DNA from: Eledone cirrhosa
Taxonomy: Eukaryota
Assembly: GCA_964016885.1 (NCBI GenBank)
Contig: OZ024743.1
Coordinates: 286,564,001-286,628,000 of the forward strand
Length of the DNA: 64,000 nucleotides
Direction: 5' to 3'
Part shown: positions 47,901-55,155 of the stretch, piece after piece
Numbering within the stretch: position 1 is the stretch's first letter
How the letters are laid out: each line of letters opens with the position of its first letter
The notes under the pieces: model-generated
What the model was told of the DNA's origin: nothing
Database searches by the model: none
What the model saw: only the letters and a program-made list of their open reading frames with translations
Translations under genes and position numbers: made by a program

Positions 47901-50307
47901 CCGCGGAGTGGGGAGACCCAAGATGACTTGGGATGAGGTGATAAAAGCCGACCTTACCCAACTACACCTCTCAAAGTCAATGACACACGACCGTGACTTC
48001 TGGCGTCACGCAGTAATACAGGGTACCCGACCTCCCATGGGTACATGCTGAAGCATATAAACAATATGCCCCCCCCCCCCCACCGCAAGGTGGTCGTGGA
48101 GGTGCCACGGCAAAAAAGCACCCAGCCCACACTGTAAAGTGGACGTGTAGGCGCCACGAAAAAGCACCCAGCACTCACTGTAAATGAGGTTGGTGTTAGG
48201 AAGGGCATCCAGCTGTAGAAATCAAGCCAGATCAGTTCCTGTATGAGCAAGGCATGGTCAGCCGACCAGACACTGCCCACAACAGGACAACCCGTCTAAC
48301 CCATGCTAGCGTGGAAGAACGGACGTAAAACGGTGATGATGATGATGATGATGACTATGACTGATATCATGTAGTTTATATGAGATTCCAATTTGTTCAA
48401 TAAAATAATATATATGAATTCAATAAACTCACTATAATGGTATTATGCAAATGTTATTTATTTTGCAATCAGGCTTTTCTTCACACCGAAGATATATATT
48501 AGAAATATGTAAAAATATAATACAATACATAGCAGAAGAGCAAAAACAGTAGTTACATGCAGAGCAGGATATGTTGAAGCAATGTGTCTGAGATAACATA
48601 TGTTCGATATACACGATATACACGATTTTTGTTGTTAGGGGCTCACTTTACCAATCAGATGTCCACGACGGTGTTTGGTTATTCCAACGCTTTAGCCTAG
48701 CTATGGCTTGCAGCAAATGCTGCGAGTGTGTTGGCTTGTCCCAAAATTTATTAGAGAGAGACTCCAGCGTTCCTTGTGTGTCTAGTTACTTAATATTAAT
48801 AAAAGTTTTCGTTTTGAAAATATATAAATTACAATTTAAAATCTAGAGATAATAAACACATCTTTAAACGGGTATTCTTTACTTTAAGCTTCCATAAAAT
48901 AACTCCTGTGAACTATTATGCTTTACTATATAGAATCTACATACATTACCATACAAATGTAATAATAAATAAAAATGTAATAAGGCTTTATAATTTCGGC
49001 ACAAGGTCAGCAATTTGGGGATGAAGGGTAAGTCGATTATATCGACCTCGGAAGTATGAATGGCAAAGTTGACCTCGGCGAGCTTTGAACTAAGAATGTA
49101 AAGGGCTGCGACAAATACCGCAAAGCATTTGTCTGATGTTCTATTGATTCTCCCAATCCACCGCCTATGTGGATGTAATAACTGAAACTAAGCATTCTAT
49201 GAATAACCAAGACAGATTTAATTTTATAAAAATTGATGCAAGACCATAGTCGTTGCATCGACGAGACACGGTTGTACTTTAGCTGTTGATAAACGAAGCG
49301 TCATTACGGAATTTATCTGTGATTTTCTTAACAGATAAAATTTTCAATTTTAAAAAAAACCTAAATTAACGATCAATACAATATCACGTCTTTATGTTCA
49401 AGTTTCGTCTGAAACAATATTCTTGATTCTTGGGCAAAGGAATGCTAGAATAGTGTAAAACGAAATTGGCTGCATATTTCTTTTTAATTCATACATGGGG
49501 ACGTGGAACAGCTAAATACTGCAGTGTAAACCATTAAGTTAAGTGATCAGCTAAAAAGCCGGTTCTAAACAGGAAATGTCTGACACTAGTTTTAAAATAC
49601 TCCAGTTTTTAAGTAAAATTAAAGTAAAAACGCAGAATATGAATATTAGAACATTTAAGAGATATATAAAACCTAATTGTTTCTACTATTGGCACAAGGC
49701 CAGCAATTACCCAGTGCATTACTGGTACTTTATTTTATCGACCCCGTAAGGATGAAAGGCAAAGTTAACCTCGACGGGATTTGAACTCAATATATAAAAC
49801 ATATAATTGTTTCTACTTTAGGCACAAGGCCAGCAATTACCCAGTGTATTACTGGTACTTTATATATAAAACATATAATTGTTTCTACTTTAGGCACAAG
49901 GCCAGCAATTACCCAGTGCATTACTGGTACTTTATTTTATCGACCCCGTAAGGATGAAAGGCAAAACAGTAAAGAGTAACTCCTGTAGACTTTTGAGTCG
50001 GCAAAAGGGTGGGGCATTTGGTTTTTCCAAAATAATGAAGTACTACTTCGGAAAGTAATTGTGACATTCCTTTTATAACTATTTATATTGGATCCAGTCT
50101 TTTTTACGATATTATTTAAATTGATTTAGAAAAGACCATATTAACTTACCAGAGAATAAGTTTTGTGTTTAAATCATTCCGACAAGGAAAATGAGATTTA
50201 TTTACATCTTCTGGCTTCTCTTCATCGTCAGTGAGAAGCTGGGTGAAATTCCACCTGGTTAAGTCAGCAATGTCAACAACATCTTTTTTCTGTCCAAGGG
50301 GTTCCAT
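2725..50307 (-). CDS. GDAP2: Ganglioside-induced differentiation-associated protein 2 (macro domain + CRAL-TRIO/SEC14), 12 coding exons, 503 aa
   Basis: Exons joined by hand: 50307-50150, 38453-38311, 37641-37488, 31764-31676, 29281-29202, 18551-18389, 15890-15710, 12072-11919, 11117-10978, 8448-8394, 5550-5407, 2775-2725. All introns are GT-AG, phases are consistent and the total is 1512 nt. Translation MEPLGQ...LILWKGDIL...GFKTGEARLSKG...VIHTVGPRY...AAESALYNCYRNVL...RGYP...RTVRRFLE...PLYFPR...GEPVIPERKIRI...STWFFTTF...NGPRYYVPTEDPADL* matches GDAP2 along its whole length. Confidence 0.96.
3134..4367 (+). mobile_element. RTE LINE subfamily A, 5'-truncated
   Basis: Near-identical to 47145-48352 but with stops; (GAT)n tail. 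Confidence 0.93.
4369..5258 (-). mobile_element. Two stacked RTE 3' fragments (subfamily B 4369-4570; subfamily C 4572-5258)
   Basis: (CAT)n tails, RLRWYGHVMRM-type coding remnants; similar to 20891-21130 and 22995-23760. Confidence 0.85.
5407..5550 (-). CDS. GDAP2: GDAP2 coding exon 11 (ISTWFFTTFTAPEIKNKI...LDLPQWIFEYDVK)
   Basis: ttcatag acceptor, GTAAAA donor, 144 nt. Confidence 0.93.
5631..5828. mobile_element. Mariner-type MITE
   Basis: TA-flanked; imperfect TIRs CAAGGGTAGACCAAAAAGTTCATA / TATGAACTTTTCAGCCAACCCTCA; inverted homologue at 51522-51697. Confidence 0.8.
8394..8448 (-). CDS. GDAP2: GDAP2 coding exon 10 (YKKNLVAFYIIHSNLWFK)
   Basis: gttatag acceptor, GTAAGT donor, 55 nt. Confidence 0.92.
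9030..9221. mobile_element. piggyBac-type MITE (one end degraded)
   Basis: Ends in AAAGGG|TTAA; same family as 10562-10825 and 13950-14140. Confidence 0.75.
10562..10825. mobile_element. piggyBac-type MITE, complete
   Basis: TTAA target duplications (10558-10561, 10826-10829); TIRs CCCTTTAGCA / TGCTAAAGGG. Confidence 0.85.
10978..11117 (-). CDS. GDAP2: GDAP2 coding exon 9 (VLQHVVQVMDSIANTRYSVVYLHTLT...AYNVLHD)
   Basis: gtacag acceptor, GTAAGT donor, 140 nt. Confidence 0.93.
11919..12072 (-). CDS. GDAP2: GDAP2 coding exon 8 (YEKFLQQAKEE...FYQTGVDRYGRPVLVFIGKNLPVNHIDLEK), start of CRAL-TRIO
   Basis: gttttag acceptor, GTAAAC donor, 154 nt. Confidence 0.93.
12081..12400 (+). mobile_element. 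CR1-like LINE 3' end
   Basis: Degenerate AEAW.KLP.SVVSCRNTASFK C-terminus and (ATT)n tail. Confidence 0.6.
13840..15330. mobile_element. Degenerate element bounded by ~90-bp imperfect inverted repeats, with a nested piggyBac MITE (13950-14140) and an RTE-tail SINE fragment (14443-14640)
   Basis: 13840-13935 is an imperfect reverse complement of about 15240-15330 (e.g. AAAGTGAGAATAGCGATTCCA vs TGAAATCACTATTCTCACTTT). Confidence 0.55.
15710..15890 (-). CDS. GDAP2: GDAP2 coding exon 7 (TQGKEFDETIDL...VGRHPFAQMKEDNDKERL...EKAK)
   Basis: tttccag acceptor, GTGAGC donor, 181 nt; overlaps track ORF 15706..15921. Confidence 0.92.
16690..17460 (-). mobile_element. Highly decayed CR1/Jockey-group LINE RT C-terminal fragment
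   Basis: ASQTVGSLFKFKIYFCPGHLLILCIAEVRLTLELYC resembles the 'LL.LYK..IRP.LEYC' motif. Confidence 0.4.
17805..17978 (+). mobile_element. tRNA-derived SINE (Meta/MESC-like core)
   Basis: B-box-like ATTCGAATCC followed by GCCGAGGTTAACTTTGCTTTCATCCTTACGAGGTCGATAAAATAAAGTACCAG; same family as 62912-63305. Confidence 0.8.
18389..18551 (-). CDS. GDAP2: GDAP2 coding exon 6 (EVYQQLMPLYFPRNW...GEPVIPERKIRIIDKPVFAAL)
   Basis: ctctag acceptor, GTAAGT donor, 163 nt. Confidence 0.94.
20541..20889 (-). mobile_element. CORE-like SINE sharing the RTE-A 3' UTR and tail
   Basis: Minus strand TGAGCAAGACATTTTATTTCACATTGCTCCAG (CORE-like), then the AGGAAGGGCATCC module and the RTE-A tail ending in (GAT)n. Confidence 0.75.
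20891..22893 (-). mobile_element. RTE LINE subfamily B, 5'-truncated, frameshifted
   Basis: ORF fragments with AFVDLEKAFDRVP, LYADD, the PHD-like cysteine cluster and FRYLG; (CAT)n tail at 20891. Confidence 0.93.
22995..23935 (-). mobile_element. RTE LINE subfamily C, 3' fragment
   Basis: RRLRWYGHVMRLKDDSCIKKC ORF; 3' UTR carries the AGGAAGGGCATC module. Confidence 0.85.
24268..27965 (-). mobile_element. RTE LINE subfamily A, near full-length (APE + RT), disabled by frameshifts and a SINE insertion
   Basis: APE motifs (GTINV, QETRW, GVGIL, AYAPQ, AGDFNGHVG, SQIDF) at 27930-27100; RT motifs; (CAT)n tail at 24268. The 5' UTR may extend to about 28105. Confidence 0.95.
25551..25854 (-). mobile_element. 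tRNA/CORE-like SINE inserted in the RTE RT domain, 6-bp TSD GGCATC
   Basis: GGCATC at 25545-25550 and 25855-25860; minus strand shows B-box GAGTTCAATTC, CORE-like CCTTGAGCAAGACACTT and an RTE-derived tail. Confidence 0.88.
28107..28455. repeat. Microsatellites (AGT)n 28107-28148 and (CTAC/CTAT)n 28367-28455
   Basis: Directly visible. Confidence 0.9.
29202..29281 (-). CDS. GDAP2: GDAP2 coding exon 5 (RTVRRFLEKFGSNFETIVFGSPDEDVM)
   Basis: ctttcag acceptor, GTGAGG donor, 80 nt. Confidence 0.93.
29880..31080 (+). mobile_element. Old degraded RTE LINE
   Basis: Remnants of GVQQGSILSP, PWKFLYA and WIHKRC motifs with many stops. Confidence 0.75.
31676..31764 (-). CDS. GDAP2: GDAP2 coding exon 4 (EHSIQSVGIYPIHSSQRGYPLIEGAHLAI)
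   Basis: ccacag acceptor, GTGAGT donor, 89 nt. Confidence 0.93.
32049..33380 (+). mobile_element. RTE LINE subfamily B, 5'-truncated
   Basis: ORFs 32045..32332 and 32365..33081 (RT, PHD-like cluster); (GAT)n tail. Confidence 0.93.
33736..36098 (-). mobile_element. Tx1/L1-clade LINE, 5'-truncated ORF2 (RT + C-terminal CCHC zinc finger)
   Basis: KSPGLDGLPYEFY, RPITLLN, LDQSKAFDRV, RQGCPLS, AYADD, then CPRC...ETVAHTFIHC; at least 2 frameshifts; AATAAA at the 3' end; visibly more GC/CpG-rich than the flanks. Confidence 0.92.
36365..36650 (+). repeat. RTE-tail SINE fragment with a triplicated ~57-bp AGGAAGGGCATCC module
   Basis: Three tandem copies of CAGTACA...GTTGGTGTTAGGAAGG.CATCCAGC..TAGAAACC at about 36370-36540, followed by the tail. 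Confidence 0.75.
37488..37641 (-). CDS. GDAP2: GDAP2 coding exon 3 (GFKTGEARLSKGHQLLARYVIHTVGPRY...CYRNVLQVA), macro domain
   Basis: ttttcag acceptor, GTAAGT donor, 154 nt; contains the macro motif VIHTVGP. Confidence 0.95.
38311..38453 (-). CDS. GDAP2: GDAP2 coding exon 2 (KGDILQLNVHAVVHPTNENF...AGPDMFTDINTNVR), macro domain
   Basis: tttgcag acceptor, G|GTCAGT donor, 143 nt, phases fit. Confidence 0.93.
41100..44390 (+). mobile_element. Decayed hAT (Buster/Charlie-like) transposase relic, interrupted by an RTE-B insertion
   Basis: Plus-strand remnants IDEMTIGVENQL...FSLQVD and VMTGSYQGFLAYFKK...VHCVIHRQHLVAK (hAT CxxH motif) at about 41370-41720. The downstream continuation after 43890 is less certain. 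Confidence 0.65.
42165..43885 (-). mobile_element. RTE LINE subfamily B, 5'-truncated with an internal deletion
   Basis: ORF fragments 43879-42179; the PHD/FRYLG segment is missing at a junction near 42537. Confidence 0.92.
44393..44586. mobile_element. Tc1/pogo-type MITE
   Basis: TA-flanked TIRs CTGTATATATTCGAATGGAAGCCGA / TTGGCTTATATTCAAGTATATATGG. Confidence 0.7.
45090..45512 (-). mobile_element. Fossil restriction-like endonuclease domain of a CRE/R2-group non-LTR retrotransposon
   Basis: Frameshifted translation HAALNVI...PMGLD*EDNKGPDGIT...KPL.WDMTC.GTFSGSNL...VETS resembles RHxxLN...RPDG...WDATC...VET. Confidence 0.65.
45820..48352 (+). mobile_element. RTE LINE subfamily A, young 5'-truncated copy with an intact RT frame
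   Basis: Open frame 45820-48051 without stops (track ORF 45979..48051); YADD at 47089-47100; PHD-like C4HC3 at 47260-47391; 3' UTR and (GAT)n tail; lacks the APE domain. Confidence 0.97.
48990..49965 (-). mobile_element. Cluster of tRNA-derived SINE copies (48990-49165 plus three tandem partial copies 49675-49965)
   Basis: Repeated GGCACAAGGCCAGCAATTACCCAGTGCATTACTGGTACTTTATTTTATCGACCCCGTAAGGATGAAAGGCAAA. Confidence 0.85.
50150..50307 (-). CDS. GDAP2: GDAP2 coding exon 1 (MEPLGQKKDVVDIADLTRWNF...DLNTKLILW)
   Basis: ATG at 50307; donor TG|GTAAGT; a probable acceptor ttcag at 50386-50390 implies an upstream non-coding exon. Confidence 0.92.
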
Positions 50308-50692
50308 AATTAACAAAAAGTAAGTTTTTTTTTGACAATTATTTTTTTAGAATAGGCAAATTTTGATGCCGTCAATATAGAAAACCTGAACAGTTTCTAA
50401 TTGAACAAAGAGTGGAATAGAAAATAAAAAAAAAAGATAAGGAAATAATAAAAGCGTTTAAATAACTAGAGAGGATAAACACGACAGTCAAGACCAATCG
50501 GCATCGAGTTTTTGCTTAGTAAATGTAGTAAACTATTATATACATCCATATGCGACCACTTTTGTGATAGGATGGAATGGCTAATAACACTTTCGCTTTA
50601 TCCAAATGATTTTGGACAATAAATAAATAGAATGGGTATCAGGAACACAGTACCACTAAAGGTTGTAACTGAAGCAACCCAAAATATGTACA

Positions 50693-50745
50693 CTAAGCCC
50701 ACACCGCCATGTTTACTTCATGTGACTAAACGACCCATCTAAAGC
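50693..50745 (-). promoter_or_regulatory. Probable GDAP2 promoter / first non-coding exon with a YY1-like motif and an E-box
   Basis: Minus-strand AAACATGGCGG (YY1-type, 50704-50714) and TCATGTGAC (M-box/CLEAR-like E-box, 50718-50726) in a locally CpG-retaining patch about 400 bp upstream of the ATG. The TSS cannot be determined. Confidence 0.5.
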
Positions 50746-51521
50746 GTCAGATTCCCTTGTTTACGATGTTTTAAAAATTACCATTCATCATCGAGCACAA
50801 AATCTATAGTCACAAGAACATACAAAACATTTTATTATTACAAATTCCACAACTAAACTTTCTTTTTTTTTTCCACCACAGGAAAATATTTCTCAATACG
50901 ATATTTGTTTTTCTTTATAAATTTTTCAATGCCATAAGTGGCTACACCTCTTCTATTTTATTTGATAAAATAGTAAGAGCGGTAAAGAGTTCGGTATGAA
51001 TGTCTTAACTGTACGATTGATATTACTACAAACATGAAGTTGAGAGGCCAATCTCAGACGATATCTATCTGATAAATATATTTAATTTAAATACGGACTA
51101 TACATTATTATTCTACCATATCAATGGGTTTTGCATTATTTACGATTCTATGTTTCCCAAAATGGGTTCGACGGGATAATGTCTTTTAATATAAACATTT
51201 AAAAAAAATAAAAATCTTCTCTCACTGAAATAAATTGTGTTGTATTAAAATCAGAGTAGTTGCGAGTGTCCCTAAAATATATGTATAGGTTTCGCGACAA
51301 ACTAAGTTTGAGGACCATAGTTACATTCTATATCAATATATATGTATATAAGGCCCCGTTCGGTCACGACTGACCATGGTTTTGCATCTAAAAAGTTACT
51401 CTTCTAGATACAAGCCTGGACAAAGTATTTTGTGAAAGATCAGCAATCACCCCCGAATGCTAGTGGGATTAAACATAGAATCATGTGGCTGCAAAGTGAC
51501 GTTTCTCCGTGGGTGTTCCTA

Positions 51522-51697
51522 CGAGGGTCGACTGGAAAGTTCATAGATCCACCAAGATACTCTCATGGAATGATCGAATGAGGTTTATTTTTCAACATAG
51601 TACCTGGAATGTCAAGTTGAAATTAATGCAAGCAAGATTTCACAGCCCTAGCATCACTCATTCATAGTCAACCTATAAAGTTTTCAGCCGACCCTCG
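51522..51697. mobile_element. Mariner-type MITE
   Basis: TA|CGAGGGTCGACTGGAAAGTTCATAG ... CTATAAAGTTTTCAGCCGACCCTCG|TA. Confidence 0.85.
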
Positions 51698-51896
51698 TAT
51701 CTAAAATTCAACAAGTGGTAATGAAGAAATGAAAAAATAAAAACAATTACAACCCTGAGGCCTATAAAAACTGGACATTTTTTTCTAAATTTTAAATCAG
51801 TTTCAGTGGAACTGCGTCAGTGACCAGGCTGCAGACATTACAACGAAAATGTTGACACCAAGAAATAAGCGATAAATATAAAATGAAGTTATAGTT

Positions 51897-51984
51897 TTGT
51901 GTGTTTGTGAATGGCTAAAATGACTCTTCTAAGTTGTAATTGTGTGTTTGTGAATGGCTAAAATGACTCTTCTAAGCTGTAATT
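51897..51984. repeat. Tandem duplication, ~43-bp unit x2
   Basis: TTGTGTGTTTGTGAATGGCTAAAATGACTCTTCTAAG.TGTAA occurs twice. Confidence 0.85.
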
Positions 51985-52279
51985 GCTCAAATCAAATCAA
52001 TGGCCAGACAAGCACAACGAACCCTTACACAACTCTACCCAACAACAAAATATTTATTACCAATAGTGACTGTCCACTTAAAAGTTTCACTAATACAAGC
52101 GGCTTCTCAAAACAGTTGTAAAACCTTATGAGTCTTTCACTCAGAGCATGCTCAGTGTATTTACTGCAGATATTTAAAACAGGCATTTATATCTATTGTT
52201 ATACTTTGGGAAGGCCATGTCCCAATAAAAACACAGGCATCAGTTTAAATTTCACTTTGGTTTTATTATTAGTCAGGTA

Positions 52280-52608
52280 AGGGCGGTGGATTGGCAGTAT
52301 TGATAGAGCGTCAGACAATATGCTTTGTAGCATATAGTTACAGCCTTATACGATTTGAGTTCAAATCCTGCTGAGGTTAGCTTTGCCTTTCATCCTTACG
52401 GGGTTGATAAAATAAAGTACAATGCACTGGGGTCGATTTAATCGATTTTCTCCTCCCCCCAAATTACTGGCCTTCTGCCTAAATTAGAAATCATTATTAG
52501 TCGCCGAGGTTAACTTTGCCTTTCATCCTTACGGGGTCGATAAAATAAAGTACCAGTAATGCACTGGGTAATTGCTGTCCTTGTGCCTAAAGTAGAAACA
52601 ATTATTAG
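52280..52608 (+). mobile_element. tRNA-derived SINE, one full copy plus a tandem partial copy
   Basis: A-box-like TGGCAGTATTG, B-box GAGTTCAAATCC, core and tail. Confidence 0.85.
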
Positions 52609-53504
52609 TCAAGTACTTATCTATTTCTCAGTTAGTTTAGTAACTGGATAGTTATTTAATCGTCAAATCTTTTGTCACTCATTCTGTGACCTTGTCAATG
52701 GCTTTTTGCTCCTCCGTTTTTACTCCACCTTGTCTTTCTGTAGTGTGTTGTATGCATGTGCATATGTGTGTATCTTCTCCTTTTGCACGGTTTTGTTTGG
52801 AATGTATGTAGCAAGCTACTTTCCTTTGGCACATTGATACCCTTTCCATACGTTGTTTGGCTGAGTTAAGCCAATCGCTATCAGCGTAAGGATATGTATC
52901 TCAACTTCCGCCCAAATGGAGAAATTCCCGCTTCTTTTTAATAAACTAATTCTTGCAGCTTGACTTTGCTAATGTAAAGAACCATTTGCTTTTGCACAGC
53001 AAACATCATTCCAATATGTAACTACAAAATATTACCACAGCCTGGCTTCTCACTTCAGCCACTGGACCGTGTCTTCTCTTACAGATCTTAATTTGTTTGT
53101 TCATTTCTTTTGGCATGCCAACCAACCAACCAAGCTTAATCCAGCTCTTTTCACCTTAAACATTGTTAATAAATTCTGTTATAACGAACTACACATGTTG
53201 TCGTTAACATCATTGTTATAACATATTCTGGTTATATATTACACGCTGCTAAAAGTAATACTATACTATTAAACTGCTTCACTGGTGACTTCTATTGATA
53301 CACAATACACAAATACAAATATTATCATTCACATTTAGATCTTAAAAATACTAACTTCATGTATATACTTGTGTATATGTGTGCCATTGTGTATGTGTCT
53401 TTATATTTTGTTTCTCACCCAACCAACCTTCATGTATCTTTACTCATCTATGTGCCTATGTTTGTCTGTGCCTTTATTCACATTGGCACTATGTAGTTAT
53501 TATT

Positions 53505-53810
53505 CTATTCCTGGTTTGTATTGAAGGTGGAGTTATGTATGTACACTCCCATCCATTTATTCCTGTGTCGTAATATTTTTGTCATCAGTCGTAAGGTTGT
53601 GAGGTTGTAGCTATTCCATTCTTGCAATCTATTGAAGGTAGGTTTATTTTCTCTTATATGGGTGGCTTCCTTAATCTGTCTGAGCAATGCATCAGTTCTG
53701 GGTGTAGATATGATTTTTACCTTGATGTTTTCTAAAGAGTCAGCATGTTCTAGTTTAGTATGTTGGTAGAGCACTGATGAGTTTTTCTTTTTTTGAATTC
53801 CTGCCAATGC
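53505..53810 (-). mobile_element. Penelope-like element GIY-YIG endonuclease C-terminal remnant
   Basis: SSVLYQHTKLEH...RQIKEATHIRENKPTFNR matches the S..H...R.I.EA..I...P..N pattern. Confidence 0.7.
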
Positions 53811-53879
53811 TTCTTCATCCTATCTTCTATATTACAAGTTGTTTTCTTACTGGCATATCCGTATAATTATTAATTATCA

Positions 53880-54928
53880 CAAAGAAAAATGTGATGCTTT
53901 AGAAAAGAACAACTACAGAGGCATAAAACTGATGGATAAAGTTATGAAAGTGGCAGAAAAAGTCAATTAAGGAAAGAATCAAATTAGATAAGATGAGTTT
54001 GGTTTTGTGCCAAGAAAGTGCACCACAAATGCCCTCTTCTTAGTGAAACAATTACAAGAGAAGTTCTCAGCTAAGTGTAAGCTGCTACACTTAGTTTTTA
54101 TAGATCAGGAAATGGCATTTTACAGAGTACCATGATCTGTTATCTGATGATTCTTCAAGAAACTAGGTGTAAATGAATGCCTTGTGGGAGTTGTACAAGC
54201 CATGTACAGAGGTGCTGTCAGTAAAGTGACAGTAGGTAATAAGTTTAATGAGGAATTCAATGTGCAGTTAGGTGTTTATCAAGGCTCAGTCATCAGCCTC
54301 CACCTGTTTATTATAGTTATGTAGTCTATAACAGAGGAGTATAAGATGGGATGTTCATAGGAACGTCTGTATGCTGATGACCTTCAGACAAAATTCCTGT
54401 TGTAGAAACAGAACTTAGCAGCAAAAGGGCTCAGAGTAAACCTAGCAAAGGCCAAAGTTTTCATAAGTAGGAAAGAGGGCAAGACTCTGATACCATCATG
54501 GAAGTGGTTGTGCACAATATGCAGGAAAAGAGTAGGTAGGAACTTTATACAATGTCAGGTATGGGTACTCAAGAGGTGTAGTGGAATTGTAGGTAGGCTA
54601 ATAGAAAGTTAAGTGTACCTGAATGATGGGTTGTGGATGAACTGAGAGAAAAACTGGGTATACAAGAAATCAGATGTAGTGTTCTAGAGAGAACATTGCA
54701 CTAATGTGGATACGTGATGTTCATGGATGATGGTTGCTGGGTGAAGAAGTGCCAGAAGATGCCATTGGAAGGAAGACTGAGATAAACTTGAGCAGAGGTG
54801 GTTAGAACTGATATCAAAACACTCAACATCACAGAGGAGATCATAAAGTGATGAATGGAGGGAGGCTGTGCTGGAAAGGATCAATCAAACACATACACGC
54901 ACAGATAAACAGTTGTAAAATGATGATA
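53880..54928 (+). mobile_element. Old degraded RTE LINE
   Basis: NYRGIKLMD, GVYQGSV and LYADD remnants with stops; short (GAT)n tail. Confidence 0.85.
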
Positions 54929-55024
54929 TAAATATATATATATATATGCATGGGTATAGATGTGTATGCATATAATCACACATACACATATACATTTATA
55001 TATACACAAACATGGTTAATGTAT

Positions 55025-55155
55025 ATAATTGTTTCTACTTTAGGCACAAGGCCAGCAATTACTCAGTGCATTACTGGTACTTTATTTTATCGACCCCGTA
55101 AGGATGAAAGTCAAAGTCAACCTCGGCGGGATTTGAACTCAGATCGTAAAGGGAA
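55025..55155 (-). mobile_element. tRNA-derived SINE, partial
   Basis: Near-identical to 62918-63045. Confidence 0.85.

Noticed and set aside
46806-47921. Long antisense ORFs over RTE copies (also 3470-3961, 20709-21464, 25181-25648, 42132-42668)
   Set aside because: Shadow frames of the LINE coding strand with no recognisable domains and inconsistent boundaries between copies.
45979-48051. 690-aa ORF as a host gene or a prokaryotic retron/defence RT
   Set aside because: It is a non-LTR RTE ORF with many decayed paralogues in the window, a 3' UTR and a (GAT)n tail; the context is a eukaryotic intron.
45808-48370. Target-site duplication for the young RTE-A copy
   Set aside because: Best candidate ATGACAGATTTAAAGT vs ATGACTGATATCATGT has 4 mismatches in 16, too many for such a young insertion.
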